Shown here piece after piece: positions 6,920 to 15,277 of a stretch of DNA of 64,000 bases (within the stretch, counting starts at the first letter, position 1; the number at the start of each line of letters is the position of its first letter). Both the position numbers and the translations under genes were made by a program. The notes under the pieces were generated by a model. The model saw only the letters and a program-made list of their open reading frames with translations, was not told where the DNA came from and made no database searches. Where the stretch lies: NCBI GenBank assembly GCA_017609175.1, contig JAFCEJ010000002.1, positions 2,782 to 66,781 of the forward strand. The letters are read 5' to 3'. This DNA comes from Candidatus Pacearchaeota archaeon. Its GTDB lineage: Archaea; Nanobdellota; Nanobdellia; Pacearchaeales; GW2011-AR1.

Positions 6920-9370
6920 ATGGCTTATAATTTTAATCAAATTGAGAAGAAGTGGCAGAAGGAGTGGGAGGAGAAGAAGATTTTTTGCGCAAAAAAAAAT
7001 TCTAAGAAAAAGAAATTTTATGTTTTGGAAATGTTTCCTTATCCTTCTGGAGAAGGGCTTCATATAGGTCATGCATTGAATTATACTATTGGTGATATTA
7101 GGGCAAGATTCAAAAGAATGCTTGGTTTTAATGTACTTTACCCAATGGGTTATGATTCTTTTGGGCTTCCTGCTGAGAATGCTGCGATTAGAGTTGGTGT
7201 GCATCCAGAAAAATATACTAAGAAATCTATTGCTAATTTTATTAAACAGCAAAAAGCACTTGGATTAAGTTATGACTGGTCAAAGATGCTAAGCACCTGT
7301 GAGCCAGAATATTACCGATGGAATCAATTATTTTTCTTGAAATTTTTAGAAAAAGGACTTGCTTACAGAAAAAAGGCTGCTGTTAATTGGTGTCCTAAAT
7401 GTAATACTGTTTTGGCAAATGAGCAAGTTCATAATGGAAAATGTGAATATCATAAGGATACAGAAATTGAAATAAGGTATTTGGAACAATGGTTTTTGAA
7501 AACAACTGAATATGCTGAAGAGCTTTTGGAAATGATTGATGATTTGAATTGGCCCCAGAGGATTAAAATAATGCAAAAGAATTGGATTGGAAAGAGTCAT
7601 GGAACTGAAATTGAATTTGAGATTATCAAGAATGATGAAAGTTTGGGTAAATGGCCAATTTTTACAACAAGACCTGATACTATTTTTGGAGTTACATTTA
7701 TGGTGGTATCTGCACAACATCCTCAATTAATGGAGTTAGTGACAGATGAACAGGAAAAGGAAGTTAAGGATTTTTTGAGGAAGATAAAATCTGTTTCTGA
7801 GAAAGAACTCGAAGAAATGGAAAAAGAGGGGGTTTTTACAGGGAGTTATGCAATTAATCCTCTTACGAATGAAAAAGTCCCTGTTTATGCCGGGAACTTT
7901 GTAGTAGCTGATTATGGTTCTGGAATGGTGATGGCAGTTCCTGCACACGACCAAAGAGATTTTGAATTTGCAAAAAAATATAATCTTAAAATTAAGCAGG
8001 TTATTGCCGGAGGAGATATAAAACAAAAAGCTTATACTGGGCAAGGAAAATTGATTAATTCTGAGAAATTTAATGGTATTAATAATGAGAAAGCTAAACA
8101 AAAAATTACAAAATACTTAGAGGAAAAAGGGCTGGGAAAGAGGAAAGTTCAATATAAGTTAAGGGACTGGCTTATTTCTCGTCAAAGATATTGGGGGACA
8201 CCAATCCCAATTATTTATTGTGAAAAATGTGGGATAGTTCCTGTTCCAGAAAAGGACTTGCCTGTTAAGCTTCCTAAAAAAGTTGAATTTGGAAAAGGGA
8301 ATCCTCTTGAAACTAATGAAAAATGGATTAATGTTAAATGTCCGAAATGTGGTGGGAAGGGAAGAAGAGAAACAGACACTATGGATACTTTTGTTGACTC
8401 CTCTTGGTACTATATGAGATATCCTGATAATAAAAATTCAAAAGAACCATTTGATAAGAAGATTGGGTCTTATTGGTTGCCTGTTGATACTTATATTGGT
8501 GGTGCCGAGCATGCGACAATGCATTTACTTTATGCTAGATTTTGGACAAAAGCTCTCCGCGATTTAGGTTTTATTAAATATGATGAGCCTTTCATCCAAT
8601 TGTTTAATCAGGGGATGCTTCATGCTGCCGATGGAAGAAAAATGTCTAAGTCATTAGGTAATGTTATTAATCCTTTAGATATTATAGATAAACAAGGAGC
8701 CGATGCTTTAAGGTTAACTTTAATGAGTTTTGCTTCTCCAGATTCGGATACTAGTTGGGACGATAAAGTTTTGCAAGGCAGTTCAAAATTTTTAAAGAGG
8801 ATAATTAATTATTTTGAAAAGGTTAAGATTGGCAAAGCAGATGTAAAAACAGAAAGTAAACTGAATAAATCCATTAAGGAAATTACAAATCAAATTGAGA
8901 GCTTTAAATATAATTTGGCTATAATTAAAATAAGGGACTTGTTTAATTCTCTTCCTGAGAAAACTAGTAAAGATGTCTTAGAAAAATTTTTGAAACTGTT
9001 ACATCCTTTCTGTCCTCATATTACAGAAGAGCTTTGGCACAAAATCGGAAATAAAACTTTCATTAGTTTAGAAAAATGGCCTGTTGCTGATGAGAAAAAA
9101 ATTGACGAATCTCTTGAGAAACAGGAGGAAGCTCTCGATAAATTAATTAGAGATATTAATAATGTTTTGAAATTAGTTGGAGAGAAGAAAAAAGTTTTTG
9201 TTTATGTATTGCCGAATGAAAAAGAAATGTATTTAAATGAGGTTGATTTAATTAAAAAGAGGACTGGCCTTGATATAATGATTTATGCTGTGAATGATAA
9301 AAATAAATATGATCCTGAAAATAAATCTAAAAAAGTAAAGCCTAATCGGCCAGGAATTTATTTAGAATAA
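6920..9370 (+). CDS. leuS: leucyl-tRNA synthetase (bacterial-type architecture)
   Basis: 816 aa; FYVLEMFPYPSGEGLHIGHALNYTIGDIRARFKRMLGFNVLYPMGYDSFGLPAENAAI (HIGH region) and KMSKSLGN. Confidence 0.95.
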   Translation: MAYNFNQIEKKWQKEWEEKKIFCAKKNSKKKKFYVLEMFPYPSGEGLHIGHALNYTIGDIRARFKRMLGFNVLYPMGYDSFGLPAENAAIRVGVHPEKYTKKSIANFIKQQKALGLSYDWSKMLSTCEPEYYRWNQLFFLKFLEKGLAYRKKAAVNWCPKCNTVLANEQVHNGKCEYHKDTEIEIRYLEQWFLKTTEYAEELLEMIDDLNWPQRIKIMQKNWIGKSHGTEIEFEIIKNDESLGKWPIFTTRPDTIFGVTFMVVSAQHPQLMELVTDEQEKEVKDFLRKIKSVSEKELEEMEKEGVFTGSYAINPLTNEKVPVYAGNFVVADYGSGMVMAVPAHDQRDFEFAKKYNLKIKQVIAGGDIKQKAYTGQGKLINSEKFNGINNEKAKQKITKYLEEKGLGKRKVQYKLRDWLISRQRYWGTPIPIIYCEKCGIVPVPEKDLPVKLPKKVEFGKGNPLETNEKWINVKCPKCGGKGRRETDTMDTFVDSSWYYMRYPDNKNSKEPFDKKIGSYWLPVDTYIGGAEHATMHLLYARFWTKALRDLGFIKYDEPFIQLFNQGMLHAADGRKMSKSLGNVINPLDIIDKQGADALRLTLMSFASPDSDTSWDDKVLQGSSKFLKRIINYFEKVKIGKADVKTESKLNKSIKEITNQIESFKYNLAIIKIRDLFNSLPEKTSKDVLEKFLKLLHPFCPHITEELWHKIGNKTFISLEKWPVADEKKIDESLEKQEEALDKLIRDINNVLKLVGEKKKVFVYVLPNEKEMYLNEVDLIKKRTGLDIMIYAVNDKNKYDPENKSKKVKPNRPGIYLE

Positions 9371-9540
9371 TGGAACCCGAAGAATTGATAAAAGAAATTG
9401 GGGGTTTATTAAAGAAGATAGAGAAAGAAACTGAGGAAGAATTAAAGAGGGTTTCTGAATTAGATTTTAGGATGAAGACTGGTAATTATGAAAATGTCTT
9501 GCCCCCAAAGAATAATTTTAGAAAATATAATTTTCAATGA
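9370..9540 (+). CDS. small hypothetical protein (56 aa)
   Basis: ATG overlaps the leuS stop (TAATG at 9368-9372), suggesting translational coupling; charged helical sequence; below the ORF-track length cutoff. Confidence 0.25.
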   Translation: MEPEELIKEIGGLLKKIEKETEEELKRVSELDFRMKTGNYENVLPPKNNFRKYNFQ

Positions 9541-9553
9541 AGCTATTTTTTTG

Positions 9554-9748
9554 TTATTTGTAAAAATTGAAATATCTGTAAATTTCTGGGAGATATTTAT
9601 CACATGCTAATTTTAGTAATGTTGCTCCTGTAACTAATGCTAACAGTCCTGTGCCAATAACTGCAATTGTTTCTAGATTTGCTTTTCCTTCTTCTTTTCT
9701 TTCAAAATCTTTTTCAAAATAAACGCCTGAATTGTCATACCTTTCCAT
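9554..9748 (-). CDS. small membrane protein (64 aa), unknown function
   Basis: One clear TM helix (AVIGTGLLALVTGATLLKLA); lies just upstream of and on the same strand as alaS. Confidence 0.3.
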   Translation of the reverse strand: MERYDNSGVYFEKDFERKEEGKANLETIAVIGTGLLALVTGATLLKLACDKYLPEIYRYFNFYK

Positions 9749-9784
9749 AATTTAATTAGAATTAAAAAGTATTTAATTTTTTCT

Positions 9785-11473
9785 TTACTCTAAAATAGCC
9801 TTTATTCTACGGACTCCTGCACTGCTACTTTCTTCTTTGATTATTCTGAATTTTCCAAGTTCGCATGTATTTTTAACATGTGGGCCTGCACAAATTTCTT
9901 TAGAGAAATCTCCGATTGTATAAACTGAAACCTTTTCTCCATATTTTTTTTCAAACACCCCTATTGCCCCTTTCTTTTTTGCTTCTTCGAGTGACATTTC
10001 TTCTCGTATGACTTCGCAGGATTTTTGTATTTGTGCATTGACTAAATCCTCAATTTGTTTTAATTCTTCTTTTGTAAGTTTTCTCGGAAAAGAGAAATCA
10101 AATCTTAATCTCTCTGCTGTTATATTACTTCCTTTTTGAATTATGTTCGGATCCTTTAAAATTGTTCTTAATGCGGCAAGAAGCAGGTGCGTTGCTGTAT
10201 GAAGTTTTGTTGTTTCTTCGCCTTTGTCTGCTAACCCAGATTTAAATCTTCCTGCTGATGCTGTTCTGCTTAATTCTTGATGTTTTTCAAATTCTTTTTC
10301 AAATTCTTTTTCAGAGAATTTTATTTTATTTTTTCTACATTCCTCTTCAATCATTTCTTTTGGGAAACCATAGCTTTGATAAAGCAAAAAAGCATTTTTT
10401 CCGTTGAGTTTTTTATCTTTTGTTATCTTCTTGAATTTATTTAATCCTTTTTCTAAAGTTTGTTCAAATTTTTTTTCTTCTTTTTCAAGTTCTTCTAAGA
10501 TAAATTTTTTATTTGCTTTTAATTCTGGATAATCGTCTTGGTAGATTTTCAAAACAGGTTCTACTAGTTTTGTTGTAAAATTTTTTATTCCTAATTCTTT
10601 TCCATATCTTACAGCACGACGGATTAATCGTCTTAAAACATAACCCTGCTCTGTGTTTGATGGTTGGATTCCTTCAGCAAGAATAAAAATTGATGCTTTT
10701 ATGTGGTCTGCAATTATTCTCATTGGTTTTTTATTTTGTTCATATTTTTTTCCAGATAAAGATTCAATTTTTTCGATTATTGGTTTGAAACAATCGGTTA
10801 AGTAACTATCTTCTAAGTTGTTTAAAATTGCTATTGTTCTTTCCACCCCCATTCCAGTATCTACATTTTTTTGTTTTAGGGGCTCATATTTTCCTTTTTC
10901 GTTTTTGTTATATTGCATAAATACATTATTCCAGATTTCTATAGGGCCTATAAACATCTCTGTATCTGGTCCGCAAGGCCCTGTTTGTCCTGCAGGACCC
11001 CACCAGTTATGTTTTTTTGAGAGAAATTTTATTTTTTTTATTCCTAAATTTTTCCATATTTCTGCAGATTCATTATCTCGTGGCGCGTCTTTATCTCCAG
11101 CAAAACAGGTTACATGGATTTTTTCTTTTGGTATTTTCAAAACTTTTGTTAAATACTCAAAACTCATTTCTATTGCTTGTTTTTTGAAATAATCTCCCAA
11201 ACTCCAGTTTCCAAGCATTTCAAAAAAAGTATGGTGGTGCTCGTCGCCGACTTCTTCAATATCTCCGGTTCTTACACACTTTTGAACATTTACTAATCTT
11301 TTTCCTTCTGGATGTGGTTGTCCTAATAAATATGGAACGAGAGGATGCATTCCTGCTGTTGTAAACAAAACTGTTGGGTCATTTTCAGGGATAAGTGGTG
11401 AATTGGGGATTTCTTTATGTCCTTTTGATTTAAAAAATTCAATATAACTTTTAATAAGTTCTTTACGTTTCAT
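9785..11473 (-). CDS. alaS: alanyl-tRNA synthetase, compact bacterial-type form
   Basis: N-terminus FFKSKGH...PNSPLIPENDPTVLFTTAGMHPLVPYLLG...QKCVRTGDIEEVGDEHHHTFFEMLGNWSLGDYFK; editing-domain HTATHLL and CAGPHV motifs; only 562 aa. Confidence 0.9.
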   Translation of the reverse strand: MKRKELIKSYIEFFKSKGHKEIPNSPLIPENDPTVLFTTAGMHPLVPYLLGQPHPEGKRLVNVQKCVRTGDIEEVGDEHHHTFFEMLGNWSLGDYFKKQAIEMSFEYLTKVLKIPKEKIHVTCFAGDKDAPRDNESAEIWKNLGIKKIKFLSKKHNWWGPAGQTGPCGPDTEMFIGPIEIWNNVFMQYNKNEKGKYEPLKQKNVDTGMGVERTIAILNNLEDSYLTDCFKPIIEKIESLSGKKYEQNKKPMRIIADHIKASIFILAEGIQPSNTEQGYVLRRLIRRAVRYGKELGIKNFTTKLVEPVLKIYQDDYPELKANKKFILEELEKEEKKFEQTLEKGLNKFKKITKDKKLNGKNAFLLYQSYGFPKEMIEEECRKNKIKFSEKEFEKEFEKHQELSRTASAGRFKSGLADKGEETTKLHTATHLLLAALRTILKDPNIIQKGSNITAERLRFDFSFPRKLTKEELKQIEDLVNAQIQKSCEVIREEMSLEEAKKKGAIGVFEKKYGEKVSVYTIGDFSKEICAGPHVKNTCELGKFRIIKEESSSAGVRRIKAILE

Positions 11474-11552
11474 ATCTTAGGGAAGAAATTTGGTTTTAAA
11501 AAATCTGTGTTTATTTGACAATATATTTTAGAGAATAGATTATTAATAAAGA

Positions 11553-11921
11553 TTATTTTTGCAGAGCCATTAATTTTCTTTGAATTTCTTCAAGTTCTTG
11601 TTCGAGTGTAATATCATGAGGATTTATCCTTTCTTTTTGTATTTCTTCTGAAACTTCTTCTTTCTTTTCCTCTTTTTTGAAAATATTATTTATTTTTACT
11701 TTTGGGAGTGTTTTTTGAATTTTTCTTATATCTATTAAAGTTGAACCTACTCTACCTTTTAATTTCTTTTTTAGTTTTAATTCGTTTATCCTCTTTGATT
11801 TATATTCTTTTATTATTTTTAATGTTCTGATTAATTCTAATTCTAAGGAAAGCAAATCTTTTTTTGATTGTAATGCTTCATCATACTCTAATCTTACATG
11901 AATCAAATTTTCTTTATTCAT
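11553..11921 (-). CDS. coiled-coil protein, unknown function
   Basis: 122 aa, heptad-like K/E/L-rich sequence; start overlaps the stop of the upstream coiled-coil gene by 4 nt (ATGA). Confidence 0.45.
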   Translation of the reverse strand: MNKENLIHVRLEYDEALQSKKDLLSLELELIRTLKIIKEYKSKRINELKLKKKLKGRVGSTLIDIRKIQKTLPKVKINNIFKKEEKKEEVSEEIQKERINPHDITLEQELEEIQRKLMALQK

Positions 11922-12529
11922 TCTATTTTAGAAAAAAGATTTTTATCTATTTTTTCAATTTGTTTTTTTATTGTTTGAATTTTATCTTCCCATGAATTTA
12001 GTTCTTTTTCTTCTTCTTCTTTTATTTTTTTTATGTCTTTGAGTAGTTTATCAATTTCTGAAATTTTTGTCCTTATACTGTCAAATGTTTTTGAACCTTC
12101 TTCGAATTTGTCAATTCTTATGAAAAGTGGTTCTGCTTTTTTTACCTCTTTTGCTACTTCTTTGAATTCTTCAGGAACTTTTTTTTCAATTTTATTATAC
12201 TCTTTTATTACCGGCTTTCTTAGAGGCTCTTGCATCATCCGCATTTCTTGATTTCGTGCAAACTCATCTGCATTCCAAGCCTCTTCATCACCTTCTTTTT
12301 TCCCAGAGACAGCATCTTTTAATATGTTTTGAGAATGATTTTCTCCGAATGAATGTGCCGGTAATTCAGATAATTTGTCGAGAGGTTCTATTCTTCCTCC
12401 TTTTATTTCAGAAACTTCTGGAAATCTTTCTGTTTTTAATTCCGGAAGCTCTGGTAATTCTGGAAGTTCTGGTAACGAAGGAACTTCGCTTTTCTTTTCC
12501 TCTTTTTGTTTTTTCTTAAACCACCCCAT
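11918..12529 (-). CDS. coiled-coil protein with N-terminal (PEL)4 repeat, unknown function
   Basis: 203 aa; PSLPELPELPELPELK near the N-terminus, acidic middle, C-terminal coiled coil (FIRIDKFEEG...KELNSWEDKIQTIKKQIEKIDKNLF). Confidence 0.45.
   Translation of the reverse strand: MGWFKKKQKEEKKSEVPSLPELPELPELPELKTERFPEVSEIKGGRIEPLDKLSELPAHSFGENHSQNILKDAVSGKKEGDEEAWNADEFARNQEMRMMQEPLRKPVIKEYNKIEKKVPEEFKEVAKEVKKAEPLFIRIDKFEEGSKTFDSIRTKISEIDKLLKDIKKIKEEEEKELNSWEDKIQTIKKQIEKIDKNLFSKIE
12438..12476 (-). repeat. in-frame 9-nt tandem repeat encoding (PEL)4
   Basis: Minus-strand codons read tta cca gaa ctt cca gaa tta cca gag ctt ccg gaa tta; synonymous variation between units. Confidence 0.8.
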
Positions 12530-12638
12530 TTTAATCTAATATATATAATAGATAATATAGGTTTAAAAATGTTTTTTTAATTTTATTTTGAATGCAATAA
12601 ACCGAAAGGTATTTATTTGGATCTTTTCTATTTTTTTC

Positions 12639-13385
12639 ATGCAAACAAAATTTATTAAAGAGGTTGTTGTTATTGTCGTCGGAAAACAAGCAGAGAATAT
12701 AGTCGATTTATTGGTAGGGAAAAATAATGTAAATGAATTTTTAATCGCGAAAAAATTAAATCTCACAATAAATCAAACAAGAAATATTCTTTACAAACTT
12801 TCAGATTATGGGCTTGTTTCTTCTATTCGGAAAAAAGATAAGAAAAAGGGGTGGTATACTTATTTTTGGAAAATTGAAGTTTTAAAGTCATTAGAATTTT
12901 TAAAAAATGTTTTGAAGAAAAAAATAGACGAAGTAAATCATCAAATAAAGAGTAGAGAGACAAAATTATTCTATGTTTGTAAAAGATGTAATATTGAACT
13001 TAGCGAAGAGAATGCTTTACTTCACAATTTTACTTGTAATGAATGCGGAGATGTTTTTACATTAAAAGACAATTCAAGAATTTTAAAAGAACTTAAAAAA
13101 ACCTTAAATAAGCTAGAAGCAGAATTAAGAGATGTTGAACAGGAAATAGAAAAAGAGAAAGAAAAACAAGAAAAGAGAAAATTAAAAGGCCTTAAAAAAG
13201 AATCTGCAAAGAAAATCAAAAAAAAGAAATCAAAGAAAAAAGTTAAAAATAAAAAATCAAAATCAAAAAAGAAAATTACAAAATCTTCTAAACAAAAATC
13301 TAAAAAGAAATCTACTAAAAAAATTGCGAAAAAATCAAAGAAAACTTCTAAGAAAAAACTAACTAAAAAGACAAAGAAAAAATAA
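12639..13385 (+). CDS. tfe: transcription factor E (TFE-alpha / TFIIE-alpha homolog) with Lys-rich C-terminal tail
   Basis: wH domain (NEFLIAKKLNLTINQTRNILYKLSDYGLVSSIRKKDKKKGWYTYFWKI), zinc ribbon CKRC...CNEC, then a tail in which 38 of the last 65 residues are Lys. ATG at 12639 preferred over the TTG at 12588. Confidence 0.7.
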   Translation: MQTKFIKEVVVIVVGKQAENIVDLLVGKNNVNEFLIAKKLNLTINQTRNILYKLSDYGLVSSIRKKDKKKGWYTYFWKIEVLKSLEFLKNVLKKKIDEVNHQIKSRETKLFYVCKRCNIELSEENALLHNFTCNECGDVFTLKDNSRILKELKKTLNKLEAELRDVEQEIEKEKEKQEKRKLKGLKKESAKKIKKKKSKKKVKNKKSKSKKKITKSSKQKSKKKSTKKIAKKSKKTSKKKLTKKTKKK

Positions 13386-13386
13386 T

Positions 13387-14055
13387 ATGGCTTATGTTTA
13401 CAGAATTAGTCCTCAACGGCGAAATTTATTTGGCACTTTTAGTGTAAACACGAACATTATTCTTCTTAATTTAATTCTTTTTATTATTTTTGGGGTTTTA
13501 TTGGGTCTTGAAATTATTTCTATTGATTCTATTGCAATTAAACCTGCTAATATTTTGGCGGGAAAATATCTTTGGACCTTTTTGACGAGTATGTTTATGC
13601 ACGCGGGCTTTTTTCATCTTTTTGTAAATATGTTCTCATTATTTTTTATTGGTGGTTTGGTGCAGAGGATTTTAGGGCAGAGGAGGTTTTTGTATTTTTA
13701 TTTGATTTCCGGATTATTTGCTAGTTTGTTTTTTGTTTTATCTAGTTTAATCTTTTCAAGCGATTTGAATACTTATGCTGTTGGAGCGTCTGGCGCTTTG
13801 TTTGGTTTGGTTGGTTTTTTAATGATTATAACTCCAAATCTTCCCGTGTTTATTATGTTCATACCTATACCAATAAAAATGAAATATGCTGCTCCTGGAA
13901 TTTTAATTGTTTTGTGGTTAATCTCTATTGCTGGAAATGTTCCAATCGGGAATACTGCCCATTTAGGTGGTTTAGTTTGTGGTTTGGCTTACGGAATTTA
14001 CTTAAGGCATAAATATAAAAATAAGACGAGAGCAATAAGCAGATATTTTAGTTGA
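13387..14055 (+). CDS. rhomboid-family intramembrane serine protease
   Basis: Six TM segments, catalytic GASGALFG (GxSG) and downstream AHLGGLVCG histidine motif. Confidence 0.85.
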   Translation: MAYVYRISPQRRNLFGTFSVNTNIILLNLILFIIFGVLLGLEIISIDSIAIKPANILAGKYLWTFLTSMFMHAGFFHLFVNMFSLFFIGGLVQRILGQRRFLYFYLISGLFASLFFVLSSLIFSSDLNTYAVGASGALFGLVGFLMIITPNLPVFIMFIPIPIKMKYAAPGILIVLWLISIAGNVPIGNTAHLGGLVCGLAYGIYLRHKYKNKTRAISRYFS

Positions 14056-14056
14056 A

Positions 14057-14674
14057 ATGGCGAAGAAAAAAAGAAATAAAAACATTAAAAAAAAGAGAAA
14101 TTTTTTAATTGAAAATTATAAATTGTCTTGGGCTTATATTAAGGAGTCAAAAGATTTTATTTATATCATAATTGGGATTTTTTTTGCATTTGCTTTATTT
14201 GGTTTTCTTGTTCCTCCTCCTGCTGAGCTTGAAGAGGCAATTATGAATTTTTTAAAAGAGTTGTTGGAGCAAACTAAGGATTTTAATCAATTGCAAATGA
14301 TTAAATTTATTTTTTTGAATAACCTGAAAAGCAGTTTTTTTGGATTAATCTTGGGCGTTTTATTCGGGATTTTTCCTGTGATTTCAAGTTTGATTAATGG
14401 CTATATTTTGGGATTTGTTGCTTTAAAGACTGTTAGTTCTGAAGGTTTTTTGGTTCTATGGAGATTATTGCCTCATGGAATTTTTGAATTACCAGCGGTT
14501 TTTATCTCTCTTGGTATGGGTTTGAAACTTGGAACATTTGTTTTTCAAAAAAAGAAAACGGAATGTTTTGGAGATTATTTTTGGAATAGTTTTAGAGTGT
14601 TTTTATTTGTGGTTATCCCTCTACTCGTTATTGCAGCAATTATAGAGGGAATTTTGATTTTCTTATTTGGATAA
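14057..14674 (+). CDS. SpoIIM-like (DUF95) membrane protein
   Basis: 205 aa, polytopic; LPHGIFELPAVFISLGMGLKLG motif typical of the stage II sporulation protein M family. Confidence 0.7.
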   Translation: MAKKKRNKNIKKKRNFLIENYKLSWAYIKESKDFIYIIIGIFFAFALFGFLVPPPAELEEAIMNFLKELLEQTKDFNQLQMIKFIFLNNLKSSFFGLILGVLFGIFPVISSLINGYILGFVALKTVSSEGFLVLWRLLPHGIFELPAVFISLGMGLKLGTFVFQKKKTECFGDYFWNSFRVFLFVVIPLLVIAAIIEGILIFLFG

Positions 14675-14725
14675 AATTTATATATGCTATTTTCTTAATA
14701 TTTTTAATTAAAGGAGGTATAAAAA

Positions 14726-14851
14726 ATGGAATGGTCTAAGTGGCTCCCAATTATTGGAGGTGTTGTAGCTGTTGTTGGTCAATGGCAGCCAGATTATTTT
14801 CTTCCAGTAATTGGCGGAGCTATAGCAATAATTGGTGGATTTATGAAATAA
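14726..14851 (+). CDS. 41-aa glycine-zipper membrane peptide with internal duplication
   Basis: Strong Shine-Dalgarno AAGGAGGT 6-7 nt upstream of the ATG; MEWSKWLPIIGGVVAVVGQWQPDYFLPVIGGAIAIIGGFMK. Not in the ORF track (<60 aa); replaces the dubious alternate-frame ORF 14740-14937. Confidence 0.4.
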   Translation: MEWSKWLPIIGGVVAVVGQWQPDYFLPVIGGAIAIIGGFMK

Positions 14852-14917
14852 ATTTATTTTTGTTTTTTTTATTTTATTTCTTTTTTTATAGAAAATTTGA
14901 TTTTAATAATTTAAGAA

Positions 14918-15133
14918 CTAGTCTTTTAAGTCGCTGATCCCAAGCATGATGAATAAAACTCCTATCATTATGACAAACCAGAAAAGTCCGCCTTTGAAAA
15001 ATACCCACGCAGGTGTTAGAAAATTAAAACTATGTCCAAAGAATACCCAGCTATATACTGCAGAATACCATGCGATAAGGATTGCTCCGATGAGCAAAAC
15101 CAATCCGAGTAATATCTCAATCCATTTATTCAT
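14918..15133 (-). CDS. small two-TM membrane protein (71 aa)
   Basis: Internal ATG at 15133 of track ORF 14918-15262 (MNKWIEILLGLVLLIGAILIAWY...). The upstream extension would overlap the divergent dys promoter region. Confidence 0.4.
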   Translation of the reverse strand: MNKWIEILLGLVLLIGAILIAWYSAVYSWVFFGHSFNFLTPAWVFFKGGLFWFVIMIGVLFIMLGISDLKD

Positions 15134-15277
15134 AGAACTTCTTGTTTCTTTTTGTTTAAAAAGATTTTTGTTGTGGGATATATAGGAATGATTAAATACG
15201 AAAAAATTCTGCGGGATTTTTTGAGATGTTTGGGTATAGTGTTCAGGAAGTTTTTTAAACATATTTTTTTTTCAATC

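Noticed and set aside
14740-14937. 65-aa track ORF (MAPNYWRCCSCCW...)
   Set aside because: It is an alternate frame of the much more plausible Shine-Dalgarno-preceded 41-aa membrane peptide (14726-14851). It runs through the T-rich terminator-like spacer into the convergent gene, and the translation is implausible.
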